From Octopus sinensis (lineage: Eukaryota): a stretch of 64,000 bases of DNA. A program made the position numbers and the translations under genes. Position 1 is the first letter of the stretch, and every line of letters begins with the position of its first letter. The notes beneath the pieces are model-generated. The model was not told the DNA's origin and made no database searches. It worked only from the letters and a program-made list of their open reading frames with translations. Below are positions 11,678-24,525 of this stretch, in pieces. Where the stretch lies: contig NC_043009.1 of assembly GCF_006345805.1 (NCBI RefSeq), forward strand, positions 62,930,001 through 62,994,000, read 5' to 3'.

Positions 11678-14252
11678 TAGAAGTATTGGGGGTGATGTAC
11701 AGATTTAATACATATGAAAGATAAAAGGTGTTCAGAATGTTGGATGGTTGTAAAAATATATTTACATAACACATATTTCCTCAGATATGAAGAAATAATA
11801 TGTGATGTGTAAATAAATATACATTTTTTACAACCATCCAGCATTCTGAACACCTTTTTTCTTCCACACACATATATATATATATACACACACATCCATA
11901 CAATGGGTGAACATATTGGAGAGAGTGGGATCTAATGGTTTATAGGATCAAAACCTACGCGGATATTGCAATATGTGTGTGTGTGTAAGTAAACCTGTTC
12001 AAGTGGTTACAATTATAGTGTGTAATCTTTGCTCTACAAACTTCCACTACTCAGGCAAAAATATGCCAAATTGCAAAAGGAAATTTTCAAAACTGCAGGT
12101 TATTTATTGCCGATCGGTAATTCTTAACCCAATTCCCATATTCTAAATTCCTACCTAGATAATAATAAATAAATAAATAAACGTCCATTTTTCGGAATTT
12201 AAAATAAATTAAATTAGATAAAAAAAAAAAAAAAGGTGTTAATATGTTTGGGGGGGGGAAGGAAGTCAGCGCAAAATGAAAACAGAAAAATGTATTTTTA
12301 TAATAAATTTCGACAACCACGAATTTTTTTTTTTTATAATGGCAAAGACTGCTTCGAATATAGGGAAATTCGTCAGTTTAAATATGAGGATTGTAGAGCC
12401 AATTGTTGTGTAAGAAGCAGCGTGTAGAATAAATATAGAAAGACGGCCATATTAACAGTGAAATCCAGAATAGATTTTCCACCAGAAATCACTGAGAGAC
12501 AAAATAAGCATACCACGAAAGAATTAGATGCAGGAAACTCTTGTAGGATTCAGAAAAACAACCTATTTTATCAAAAGAAAAGGCTGCTAGGAGGCATGAT
12601 CAATGGGAAACGTGATTTATTTCGTCTTAATTAATCTTTGGTAAAAAAAAAAAATCGCCAGAAATTTGGTTTAAGTGGGAGGGAAAAGTCTGTTTCATAG
12701 AGAAATATAAGATTTGTTTGTTGGGTAAAAATTAACAAAGTTTCTTGATTGATATAAAATAATGTGGGATATTGGACAGAGTTGTTGGAATAATGAATTT
12801 GCAATTAGGCGGGTTTTTTTTTTATATTTTTAACCTTTCCTATCCGAATATGACCGAAGCATCGACGAGATTACACAGAGTAACACTTGAAAACGAAAGG
12901 CTTTTATTTCAAGAGCAAAGTGTATTTATACAGATTTTTTGTCCATGCAACAAAACAGCATTTCGCTTCTAGGAGGAATTAAGTGGCCCTCGATGAAAAG
13001 GCTATTTAATCCTTTAGTGTTTAGATTATTATTCTGTCAAATGTGATGTTTGTTTATTTAAAATGGTTTGAATTAATCCTGCAATATTATCTTGTAGTTT
13101 AGAGATTTAGTTTTAGCATGACATGGTAGGGCTGAGACGAAAGGTGAGATCTGGTCAGTTTCAATATATAACAGGTTAAATATTTTGGCCAGTTTGAATG
13201 CTAAAGGGTCAAAACATTAAAAATTACAGAATAGATATTCGTGTGGGTAAAAAGGAGAGAATTAAAACTGCAATGAGTGAGGAAACGATGTGTAAACTTA
13301 AAGAGTAAAATGATACAAAGTGCAATTCTTTGACATGAATAATATTGCCTGGAAAATGCTTCTCAAGAACCGATTGATCACTTATGATATGGATATAAGG
13401 TAATAAAATAGTCATTAGGAGCTTATATTTGCAGAGGACTGAGAGGTTTTCGCTTATTTTGAGAGTAGTTTGAATCCTCAAGTCCAGATCTTTAGCTTAG
13501 CAAGACGAAGGTATAACAAAAAATTTGTGGGAAAATCAATGTCTCTCTCTTTCTCTTCGAGTCTCTCTGCACATAAGCAAAAATAACCATCACACAAACA
13601 ATAAGATATTTTTGCAAGTGTGGTGGGGAAATATGTGGAGAGACATTTAATAAAAAGTTGATCTGGAAGGAAGTAGAAGAGAGATGAAGTGAAGTGAAGT
13701 GAAGTTGAAGGCGATAGAAGTGAGGGGAAAAAGCATGGCTGGTCTGGTCTGGTCTTCTTATCAAAAATACACAAAAATATTGCTTTGGAAAATTACGACA
13801 AAACCTCAATTAAAATACAAATTTAAAAATCACTGATTAACAATTAAAAATGTGTAAATAAACCATAGCATATTCACAATGTAAACAAAATAATTGATCA
13901 CAGATGGAAATGGAAATTTTAAGCAACTCTACCTTCGCCACGATCCTTTTTTTTTATAATTTAATATATTTGTTGTTACAACTTCCGTCTCAGTACAAAA
14001 TATGTGTATATATATATATATAACTATATATGTATGTATATATGAATGTATATATGTTTATATACACAAGATGATGAGGGGTATATATATATATGTTTTC
14101 TTCTTCTTCCTGGAGGGGCTGTTTTAAGTCTCAGTAGCTAAACCTCGGTATACTCATCCAGAATTTTTCAAAAAGGTCGCATAACAAAAAGAGGAAAGCG
14201 CAATAAAACTTTAATTTTCATTGTGTTTTTGCTGTGGTGGGTTTATTTGTAC

Positions 14253-14520
14253 CATCGGTGTCCGGAGGTGATCCGAGTGAGTGAGTGGTTGGTTGGTGGT
14301 GGTGGCCACGGGCAGAAGCGCAGGACGACTCACTCAGGCAGCCAACAAGGAGACACAACAACAACAACAACAACCGAAGCCGAGAAGAACGGCAGCGGCC
14401 GCCATATTGGACAAATGTTTGGAAGAGAAAAGAAAATATGAAAAGAGGCGAAGGCGGCAGCGGCGACGGTTCGCCTCCAACAACGACGACTTTTTTTTTT
14501 ACAGCTCTGGTGGTGGACAC
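14253..14520 (-). promoter_or_regulatory. Putative promoter/first exon of an unidentified minus-strand gene
   Basis: CpG-rich; YY1-like AATATGGCGGC at 14408-14398; ends ...CACCGATG|gtacaa, an ATG directly before a GT donor. The 5' boundary is approximate. Confidence 0.4.
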
Positions 14521-14747
14521 GCAAACTCACATCAAATGTAAAGACATAATAGTATTTTTTTTATGGGGGAAAACACACAGAAATTTATGTACGATTTTCA
14601 TTATTTCAGTCGCTCTGACGGACAGCAACAAATCCTGTCAAGACGCATTCCTGCAAGATGGGGGGGATAGGGAGAGGAGGAGAGGAAAGGAGAGAGAGAG
14701 AGAGTTCAAACGATGACAACGGACCGGTGTTGGAGGGGGAGGAAGAG

Positions 14748-15060
14748 GAGTTGCTATATGTTTGTGTGAAGGTAGGAGGAAGGGGAGGCAGGAAGAAGAG
14801 TTGCTATATGTTTGTGTGAAGGTAGGAGGAAGGGGAGGCAGGAGGAAGAGTTGCTATATGTTTGTGTGGAGGTAGGAGGAAGGGGAGGCAGGAAGAAGAG
14901 TTGCTATATGTTTGTGTGAAGGTAGGAGGAAGGGGAGGCAGGAGGAAGAGTTGCTATATGTTTGTGTGAAGGTAGGAGGAGGAAGAGTTGCTATATGTTT
15001 GCGTGAAGGTAGGAGGAGGAAGAGTTGCTATATGTTTGTGTGAAGGGAGGAGGAGAAGAA
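14748..15060 (+). repeat. Purine-rich minisatellite: 4 x 50 bp + 3 x ~37 bp
   Basis: Unit GAGTTGCTATATGTTTGTGTGAAGGTAGGAGGAAGGGGAGGCAGGAAGAA. Confidence 0.9.
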
Positions 15061-16113
15061 GTAGCAAGAGGGAGGGAGAAAGGAATGAAGGAGGAAGGAA
15101 CCAGCTTCTTCTTTCTTCGTTAGTAACATTCGTTCGACGGGCAAAAGAGTTACGAGTGCAAGGGGAGGTAATACCGAGAGAGAAAAAAAATAAAGGAAAA
15201 ATCCAAGCACAAAAATACCATAACAAATGGAAATGGCAAACCAAGTGCTTTTAAGACAAGATTTATTTACGAAATTACACCCGAAAAGAATCGGTGTAAT
15301 CAATGAAAAGACTAGGCAAAAGATGCTAGACATAGTAATATAGATCGAAGTCTGTCATAAAATGTAGTTTTCATTTCAAAAAGTTGAATGCAAGTAATTT
15401 TAAATATTTGTCGATACAGAAAAAAATATTGAAATTTTTCCAGATTTTGAATATTTTCGTGTTTTGTTTGTGATAGCTGCTTCTCGAAATAAATACAGGT
15501 TCTAAAGTGTCTGACGTCGATAGATCGATAGATTACCAATTATTTAGGGATTGACTTCAACTGTTTGTTAGTAAAAAAATAAAAACGGGTACATTCTTTC
15601 AATAAGTAAGAGATTACGAAATCTAATGGTCTTCATAACATATAGCATACCATACCTCGAATTATTTCGCATCAGAAGACCATAGATACAGTGGGGCGAA
15701 CTGTATATATACAGTTATATAAATATATTATATATAGAGATATATATATACTTCATACAATAGTGTATTGTCACCAAATGGCAATAATTTTGCTCGGGGA
15801 GGAAAATACTATCTCATAACCAATTATAATAATGACAAAAAATGCTTCGTTAATCTTATTATGATGCTGGAAGAGTCATGTATTAAATATGTAATGATCA
15901 AATTAGATTAACAAGAACGATGAAGTGAAAGACGGTGGTGCGATGGTTGTCTTTGATGAGAAATGGATTTGTTAATAAAAGTAAGATTTTTTTGCAATGG
16001 CGAAGATAAATGCACTTTGAGCATTTATTTCTGTATTCGTTGTTACCATTTTTATTAGGCTGTAGTGTTGTGGAGGTGGTGGTGGTTGTGGTGGAGGTTG
16101 TGTAGTTTCTTAC

Positions 16114-16270
16114 CTTGAAAACTCGGCCACGAAGTGAGAGGAGTTGACGGCGAAGAAGATTTTATGTTGTTGATGGTGATAATGGTGGTAGATTTTTAAC
16201 GAGCGAAAAATGTGTGGCAGGGGGATAGTGTGAGATGAGTGTTGTGAAGGAGGCGCGGGCAACGGTAGTA
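16114..16270 (-). other. Putative non-coding 5' exon of an unidentified minus-strand gene
   Basis: Unique CpG-containing, pyrimidine-rich sequence ending at a strong donor TTCAAG|gtaaga (16113). The 5' boundary is approximate. Confidence 0.45.
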
Positions 16271-17941
16271 GGGGCTACAGTGTAATTATTAAATGGGAGG
16301 GAAAGAAGAAGAGGAATCTAACATGCAAATTAAAGACAAGATCATTAATCCGTAATGGTAATAACTGTATTGAAAGAAAATCTCTCTTAGGTTGTCCGTA
16401 AGACTCGCTAAGAATATTTGTGAGAGGACTTAACAGAAAGTAAATTTACCAATGCTAAGTAGGGGAAACTGTAATACACACAATTATTAATTCGAAAGCA
16501 TTTTATTTTATTAAAGCATTCATTTAGACGATATTCAACGTAAGATGAATATGTCATTTATAACAGGGTTTTAATTAAATACATACTAAGATCGATAAGA
16601 ATTTGTAAGCGTCGATATCCTTAAAATGTGTTATATTCTTACAATAAATAACGAATAAAGTGGCTAAAACAAACTGTTAATGTTTCTAATAATAATGATA
16701 TGAGGAACTTCTTAAAGTTCTTAATTTTATAGAAGAAAAAAAAGTTTGAATGAAAACGGCGCGAAATCTGTATCATCTCGACCCCCGCCTTTGCTACTCC
16801 ACTGACTGAAAGTTCGCCCAACAGCCTTTGAGAGCGTCCATTTCATTGGTTACTTTCATTTCCTTCCTCTTCTAGAACACAAATTACTTTTCATTTACAT
16901 TGTTTTAGCTTGTTAAGTGTATTTTGACTTCCTACTTTGTATTAAGACTGTTTCACGCTTCACATTCAAATTTAAAAGTTGGTTTATTTACTAAGAGTTA
17001 TAGGCTGTGGAGCCATGTGATCAAATTGTTTAATTACTTGCCTTATGGTTATCAACACATGATTATTAATTATATATTTTGTTCAATCAAGCCAGCTGTG
17101 TAATTACTTTATTTGTAATGTCGATCCAAACCAACTGAAAACAAAACTTGTAAAAAATTTGACCCAAGACTTATAATAAACTCGATTGCAAAACAGAAGG
17201 ATAAGAATACAATAACACTACAAGTCATTTCCATTGATCTTTAGCTGATTATCGAATTTTAATCACAAATTAATAAATTTTTCATACTGTAATCTATAGA
17301 CAAGTTACAAAAATACTTTCCTGTTAAAACTTTTCGATTTGTATTATCCTTGGGAAGTGATAAGGATTTCCTGTTTCCACTGTTTGATGTAGTAAAACCT
17401 AAGTTAAAGACCCAAAAATTATGAAAACAAATGATGCTAAAAAGTTGAATGATAAACATCGTCTGTTCTCCATGCAGGAATGGCTTGGACGGTTTGATTA
17501 GGGCTGGGAAGCTGCCCCAGGTTCCATAGTCAGTTTTGGCTTGGTTTGCGTGGTTGGATGCCCTTCTTAATGCCAACCACTTTGCAGTGTGCGCTGGGTG
17601 CTTTTACGTGGCACCTGCACCTATACGAGTGCTTTTTATGTGGCAGATTTGAGATAGAGCTAATATAAAATGGTAAATATCTAAAAATAGTTAAATTGAA
17701 GAAACAGAAAATATATTTATAATATAAAAGAATAAAGCAACTGGTGACTATTAGGAAGGGCAGAAAATTGTAGGGCAAGTTTACTAAGAAGAGGGGAAAG
17801 GGGCACTTATCGTTACTGATCCTGAAAAGAAAGAAGCATGGAAGTGCTATTACAAGAGATTGTTGAATGAGGAGAATGTTTGAGAAAATGAGGGCCTGAC
17901 AGAGATCTGCTCTTTTAAATGATAGCAGTGAGGTACATTAA

Positions 17942-18145
17942 CCCTTTCATTACCAAACCGGCTCTGAGGTACAAATGTCTTGTTTTCATACGTTTTAATT
18001 AAAATCTTCCACCAAACCTTAGTCACAATTTATGTTCCTAACACTAGCTGAATGATAACTAAGTTATTTTACTAAATTCTTTGTTATATTTTAAGTAATT
18101 GAAAGAAACACAGAGCATCTCGAAATAAATACAGTAACGAAAGGG
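17942..18145. mobile_element. piggyBac-like MITE, family 1
   Basis: TTAA|CCCTTTC...GAAAGGG|TTAA; inserted in the RTE fossil. Confidence 0.85.
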
Positions 18146-18528
18146 TTAAGCAATTAAGGTTATGAAAGCAAGGAAAGCATCTGGTCCATCATGAATTACC
18201 ATTGAAATGCTCAAAGGGATTGGTAGAGTAGAGTCAGTGAAGAACTGTAGAAAGGTGTTATATGCAATGACTGGTATAGATTCAGCATCACTATCTACTC
18301 GAAGAGTAAAAGAGATATACTAGAGAGAGGTAACTGCAGAAGCATCAAACTGCCGGACCAGGTTACAAAGTTATGGTAAGATTTATGTGTTCAATTATTA
18401 GCAAGAAAATTAAGCTAGATGACATGTAGATTGACTTTGTATAAGGAAAAATACTACAATAACATTTTCCAAGTAAGACAACTGCAGGAAAAGTATTTAG
18501 CTGGGAATAAGCCCCAAAGCTAGTATTT

Positions 18529-18751
18529 CATTTCTTCATTACCCACAAGAGGCTAAACATAGAGGGGACAAACAAAGGGATTAAGTTGATTACATTAACC
18601 CCAGTGCGTAATTGGTACTTATTTAATCGACCCCGAAAGGATGAAAGGCAAAGTCGACCTTGGTGGAATTTGAACTCAGAACGTAGCAGTAGACGAAATA
18701 CCGCGAAGCATTTTGCCTGGCGTGCTAACAATTCTGTCAGCTCACCGCCTT
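18529..18751 (-). mobile_element. SINE-B (head GGTGAGCTGGCAGAA...GAGTTCAAAT)
   Basis: 17-bp TSD CCCCAAAGCTAGTATTT at 18512-18528 and 18752-18768; tRNA-like A/B boxes. Confidence 0.9.
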
Positions 18752-19199
18752 CCCCAAAGCTAGTATTTATCAACCTAGTAAAAGCCTTTGACAAGGTTCC
18801 ATGTTTTAGGGGTCACTCAGAAAGTTAGGCATAAACAAATGGTGAGAGTCATACAATCCATGTACAGAGCTATGGTCAGCAATGAGTTCAGTGTTGAATC
18901 TAGTGTCCAGATGGAGGGAGGGATGGTCATCAGTGCTTAAACCTCATCCTACTTCTGTATATCACAATCCTCCAAACTTTAAGATTGGCTGTCTGTGGGA
19001 ATTCTAATGTGCTGCTGACTTAGTCATCTGAATCTGTTATAGAGTTAGATAAGAAATTCCAGACATGGAATTGAATCTTAGAATCAAAGTATTATTCTCC
19101 TGTGCTTCTCATGTAACCTTTGTACAAGGGATTGCACCAAATCTGTTTCTACCCAATACACACTGTCATTACTGCTTCTGTTCTGCCAGTTATTACTCA

Positions 19200-19440
19200 T
19201 GGAGGCACATGGCCTAGTGGTTAGAGCAGCGGACTCACAGTCGAGGGATTGCAGGTTCGAATCTCAGACGGGGCGATGTGTGTGTTTATGAGCAAAACAC
19301 CTAAGCTCCGGCTTTCTCTCAATCTTTTCTCTTGTAGCTCACTTGCAACAGACTGGCGTCCCGTCCAGGTGGGGAATCTAAACGCCAAGGAAACCGGGAA
19401 ACTGGCCCTTATGAGCCAGGCATGGCTTGACGGGGAACAA
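19200..19440 (+). mobile_element. Modular tRNA-derived SINE (head 1 + tail Y); relatives at 35752-36030 and 39468-39760
   Basis: Head GGAGGCACATGGCCTAGTGGTTAGAGC...GGTTCGAATC; tail CCGTCCAGGTGGGGAA...ATGAGCCAGGCATGGC. Confidence 0.75.
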
Positions 19441-20157
19441 GTTATTACTCATTCTTCCCCGAACTACTTGTTATGGTCATCTATCTTTTATTCTTACCAT
19501 TGTCCTACTCCCTTGGTACCCATCAATCACTCCCCCTCCAATCACTTGATTTCTACTCTCATACTCTTGTCCCCTTTTACCCCCCACCCCATTCTGGTTC
19601 TCTCCTATTCAACTTCTTGATCAAGTCTTGGGTGAACGTACATAGAATAGTAGTTTCAAATATTGGCACAAGGCCAGCAATTTCGTTGGAGGGAGTAAAT
19701 CAATTACACCAACCCCCAGTGTGCAACTGGTACTTATTTTATCAACCCTGAAAGCATGAAAGGCAAAGTCGACCGTGCCAGAATTTGAACTCAGAATGTA
19801 AAAATGGAGGAGATGCTGCTAAGCATTTTGGCCAGCATGCTAACAATTCTGCCAGTTCACTGCCTTGTACAGCAAGTTCAAGGAAGGAGTACATCAACCT
19901 CAGTATGCAACTGGTACTTGTTTTATTGACCCCAGAAGGATGAAAGGCAAAGTTGACCACAACAACATTTGAACTTGGAAGGCAGGAGTAGCTGTGTGTT
20001 AAGTATCTTGCTTACCAACCACATGGTTCCGGGTTCATTCCCACTGTGTGGCACCTTGGGCAAGTGTCTACTATAGCCTCAGGCTGACCAAAGCCTTTTG
20101 AGTGGATTTGGTAGACGGAAACTGAAAGAAGTCCGTCGTATATATATATATATATAT

Positions 20158-20358
20158 CAGATTGCCATGTTGATTTGCTAGCCTCTGCATGCATTTTTTT
20201 TCTCTCCTTGTTTCTTTCTGTGTATCTTTCTGTTGAAGAGCGTAGGCTCGAAACGTAAAAGACTTGTTTTATTTATATTCCTGAGCGCCATACTAATACA
20301 ATTGTTTGTTTGTATTCCACCTGCCTTCATCTTTTGTTTATTTTCATAAAGCTTCCCG

Positions 20359-20359
<1 letters not shown>
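20158..20359 (+). mobile_element. Short hammerhead-bearing element, family R1 (second copy 59142-59381, minus strand)
   Basis: About 200 bp, (TA)n on both sides, no ORF; two dispersed copies. Confidence 0.75.
20225..20262 (+). ncRNA. Minimal type I hammerhead-like ribozyme, A6U core variant
   Basis: UCUUU-CUGUUGA-A-GAGC(GUAG)GCUC-GAAA-C-GUA^AAAGA: 5-bp stem I, 4-bp stem II, palindromic ACGU in place of stem III. Confidence 0.6.
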
Positions 20360-20400
<41 letters not shown>

Positions 20401-20879
20401 GTGTTTGTGCCCCCAGCATCGCTTGACAACTGATGGTGGTGTGTTTAGCTCCCCATAACATGGCGGTTGACAAAAGACACCCTATAGAATAAGTACTAGG
20501 CTTACAAAGAATAAGTCCTGGGGTCAATTTGCTCGACTAAAGGCGGTGCTCCAGCATGGCCACAGTCAAATGCCTGAAACATGTAAAAGAGTAAAGAAAG
20601 TAAGCATCTTGCCTGGCACCCTAATGATTTTGCCAGGTTGTTACCCTGAATGTACTCTCTCTCTCTCTCTCTCTCTCTTTACTCACACTTATGTGAGGAT
20701 GGATGACCTAGTGGTTAAAGTGTTGCAACTGTGATTACAAGATTGTGGTTTCAATTCCTAGACTGGGCAGTGTGTTATGTTTTTGAGCAAAGCACTTCAT
20801 CTGATGCATTATCCACATCTGACGGATATTTGTCCTCATCTTGTTTGTTGTTAACACAACGTTTTGGGTGATATACCCT

Positions 20880-21480
20880 CCTTTTCATTGCCCTCAAACA
20901 ATGCTCCTCTGAGCTTAGTCCTATTCTTGCCAAATTCTTCAATCCAAGCTTCAAGATCACAACAAATGTATTTCTGAGAATTGCACTTGGCAAATGTACA
21001 TCCTCAACAAAGTAAAGAATGTATCATAAAGACGACTTGCTTCAGCACCAGAAAATATCTCAGCTCTCACAACTATAAACCCTTTATGAGTCTTAAGTGT
21101 GGGCCCTACTCCCATATTTGGGACACTGCTAGTCACAGACATCCTACACTGAATGATTCATCACTGATCTTGCTCATCAACACAATCCAACCTCTGACCC
21201 ATAGAAGTAATATTACCTCTCTCTCTTTTTTTTTCGATCACTACAGCCATGGCCTAAGCTCATTGGAACTGGCTGATCTTGTTCCACTCATCCACAAGCA
21301 TTCTTGATTCATTCACCCTGTCTCCACCGCTTTGTACTAATCCCTACGCCCAGTCCTTCCATCCCAGACGTTATCCATCTGAAACTTCTTGTACATGTTT
21401 TTACTGCGGTCACCAACTTGCGATTGTTCAACAGGAATATTAATTGGATTGGTCTCCTACATATGGAAGGGCATGCAAAG
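20880..21480 (+). mobile_element. Degenerate CR1/Jockey-group LINE ORF2 fragments
   Basis: ALKQCSSELSPILAKFF and YSHGLSSLELADLVP remnants. Confidence 0.55.
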
Positions 21481-22038
21481 GTTCAATGGACACAGCTCTC
21501 AATAACAAAAAAACAAAAGGCAGCTGATTTATTCACATTCCCAGTATGAAGTAAGAAATGGTTTTAATGGTGTTATCAATATTGTTTGCATGTTTTATTC
21601 ATAGTGGCTTGGGTTGGACAAATCCACAATATGTAATATAACTACATTTAATGATCTTACATTTATCTAAATTGTGGCCTTGGATTCTTATTTCTTTATT
21701 GCCCACATGCGGGGATAAACAAGGACAGACAATAGGATTAAGTCGATTACCTCGACCCCAGTGTGTACTTAATTTATGGACCCCAAAAGGATGAAAGGCA
21801 AAGTCGACCTTGGCAGAATTTGAACTCAGAACATAACAGCAGATGAAATACCACAAAATGCGGCCTTGGGTTCTGTCTTACTGTATGCCACCTTGGGCAA
21901 GTGTCTTCTGATTTAGCCCCAGGCCAACCAATGTCTTGTGAGTGGATTTGTAGATGGTAACTGAAAGAATTCGGTTGTGTGTGTGTGTACCCTTGTCTTG
22001 ACATCACACAATGGTTGTAAATGAGTATGACCCTCAAA

Positions 22039-22214
22039 CAGTGTCTGGAAAATTCACTGTAAACATTTTTGTTGTGGGAGACTGTAAACACGGTAACTCA
22101 TTTTAAAGAAATTACCTTTCTTAAAAAGTTGATGAAGTTGCCATTTTAAGAAAACAGCCAATCTTTTTTTTTTTTTTTGCAATTCATTTTTTTTTTACAG
22201 TGAATTTTCTTACT
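22039..22214. mobile_element. Small inverted-repeat element (MITE-like)
   Basis: GAAAATTCACTGTAAA (22048-22063) / TTTACAGTGAATTTTC (22194-22209). Confidence 0.35.
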
Positions 22215-22479
22215 GCAAAAATGTTTGCAATGAAATTTCCTATAACCCAATATAAACAATGTTGTTTATTGCCATGAAAAACATGCTTGACCATAGGGAA
22301 TTATTATCAAGCTTGGTCAAGCATCTAACCATAGAAAATCTGCCTTCAGAAATTTTATCTGATCCATGCAAGTGTAGAAAAGTTGACGTTAAAAAGATAA
22401 CGATATATCTTTGTATATATATATTTGCTGCAGCTTGGGCACATGTGTGTAATGCAAATGAATAAGGAAAAGTATACAA

Positions 22480-22662
22480 GGCGTAGGAGTGACTGTGTGG
22501 TAAGTAGCTTGCTTACGAACCACACAGTTCCGGGTTCAATCTCACTGCGTGCCACCTTACGCAAGTTTAAGATCTGTTTATTTGCAACCAACACAAATAG
22601 CCTCGGGCCGACCATAGCCTTGTGAGTGGATTTGGTAGACGGAAACTGAAAGAAGCCTGTCG

Positions 22663-22723
<61 letters not shown>

Positions 22724-22913
22724 TTGTCCCTCCAACATCATTTGACAACTGATGCTGGTGTGTTTACGTCCCCGTAACTTAGTGGTTCGGCAAAAGAGAT
22801 TGATAGAATAAGTACTAGGCTTATAAAGAATAAGTCCTGGGGTCGATTTGCTAGACTAAAGGCAGTGCCCCAGCATGGCCACAGTCACATGACTGAAACA
22901 AGTAAAAGAGAGT
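22480..22913 (+). mobile_element. SINE-A
   Basis: Full head-linker-tail match to the other copies. Confidence 0.85.
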
Positions 22914-23454
22914 AAGTGCACAATGTGTGTAGTGATGATGATAATCCAACTATGACCTCTGGTTTGAGAGTCAGCTGAAGTTGGTTCTTCTGGTCATAAA
23001 GGCCAGAGAAAGTCAATCCTTCAGTGAATTGTAACATTTAAGATGCAACCAAATCATGAAATAACATAGTTTATGACAAGTAGGAGATGGAATATTGACC
23101 ACGAAACATGTCTGGTTGCCAAATGTTTTCTATAAACATTGAACTTCACCTTCAACGTTGAATAATCACCTCAAGTTCTTTGCAATTTAGACCGTTCTTG
23201 CAGATGCAGAACTTTTCCTACAGCTCTGTAACAGATTGTGTAATGAGAATTGGGCAACATATGAAGTTCTGTGGTAGATTTTTGATTTAGTTTTGTCCAA
23301 AGTTAATCTGTTTAAAGATAAACTGAAAGATCGGAATATAGAAAAGAAAAAGAGATTGTGATGCTTATATAAATAAATTGAAGCTTAAAACAATGTCGAA
23401 GATTTCAACTGAAAACAAAATTCTTCTTTATAATCACAAGGTTATATAAGGCTT

Positions 23455-23840
23455 CGTGGAGGCGCAATGGCCCAGTGATTAGGGCAGCAGACTCGCGGTC
23501 ATAGGATCGCGGTTTCGATTCCCAGACCGGGCGTTGTGAGTGTTTATTGAGCGAAAACACCTAAAGCTCCACGAGGCTCCGGCAGGGGATGATGGTGATC
23601 CCTGCTGTACTCTTTCACCACAACTTTCTCTCACTCTTACTTCCTGTTTCTGTTGTACCTGTATTTCAAAGGGCCGGCCTTGTCATTCTCTGTGTCACGC
23701 TGAATATCCCCGAGAACTACGTTAAGGGTACACGTGTCTGTGGAGTGCTCAGCCACTTACACGTTAATTTCACGAACAGGCTGTTCTGTTGATTCGGATC
23801 AACCGGAACCCTCGTCGTCGGAACCAATGGAGTGCTTCCA
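23455..23840 (+). mobile_element. Modular tRNA-derived SINE (head 1 + tail X)
   Basis: Head GGAGGCGCAATGGCCCAGTG...; tail GAGAACTACGTTAAGGGTACACGTG...CCCTCGTCGTC. Confidence 0.75.
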
Positions 23841-23983
23841 TCATATAAGGCTTCATTCTTTTTTTCTTTATAAAAGAGTTGCCTGATGAAACCAGAAGAA
23901 TAAAACTGAAGAAGAGATACTAAAGCCGGAGGAAATAACAAAAACTAATTTATAGGTGAACATCTTTTATATGAATTTTTGAA

Positions 23984-23989
23984 TTTATT
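23984..23989 (-). terminator. Candidate TAF7 polyadenylation signal AATAAA
   Basis: About 540 nt past the stop, followed by a U/GU-rich tract (tagtttttgttattt). Motif only; the region is AT-rich. Confidence 0.3.
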
Positions 23990-24525
23990 AGTCAAATTAA
24001 GATTTTTTTAAAAATCAATGTTAAATATAAGTTTCAAATTTTGGCACAAGGCCAGCAATTTTGGGGTGGTGTGGGGTGGTGTAGGGTGACACAAGGTAAT
24101 TTGGTTGCATCAACCCAAGTGTTCAACTGGTACTTATTTTATCAATGTTAAATATTGATTGCTTATTAATTTTATAACAATTACAAAAGTAATTGACTGT
24201 TCATTTCTAAGTGATGGTCATGAAGGGAAACCCAGACTAAAATTACCTGACTTCAAAACCAACCAAGACAACTCACCTGGTTATTTAATTATTTACACGG
24301 TTCAAGCATTCATGCTGGAATGCTACCACAGGTATTGTAAATAAATCAAAATTTACAAGAAATAGTCTCCACTAAATGAAAACTGAACATAATTTGAAAT
24401 ATACTGGCAATGGTTCTCGTATGAAGAATGTAGTCTTCACAGCTCTTTCATTATAGATGAATTCTGGATGAGATTCAGTGGTTAAAGTCTTTGTTGACAT
24501 GACAAAACAATTTTTCATTTCCCTA

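Larger units (their letters stand above)
17770..19100 (+). mobile_element. Degenerate RTE-clade LINE reverse-transcriptase region, twice interrupted
   Basis: Remnants KKEAWKCYYKRLLNEEN, IKVMKARKASGP, VRQLQEKYLAGNKP and FINLVKAFDKVP. Confidence 0.7.
19981..20600 (+). mobile_element. SINE-A interrupted in its (TA)n linker by a hammerhead-bearing element
   Basis: 5' half 19981-20140, 3' half about 20390-20600; insert 20158-20359. Confidence 0.8.

Noticed and set aside
14281-14716. Plus-strand poly-Q/poly-N/Arg-rich ORFs
   Set aside because: Produced by (CAA)n and purine runs in a promoter-like region; open in several frames, no domain.
19200-19275. tRNA genes at SINE heads (also 23455, 27224, 35752, 60350-60423, 63640)
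   Set aside because: A/B-box-like motifs are present, but there is no complete cloverleaf with acceptor stem and each continues into a SINE body.
23140-23330. Possible extra TAF7 terminal exon after strong acceptor-like sites
   Set aside because: No frame gives a coiled-coil or TAF7-like sequence; each frame stops within about 45 codons.
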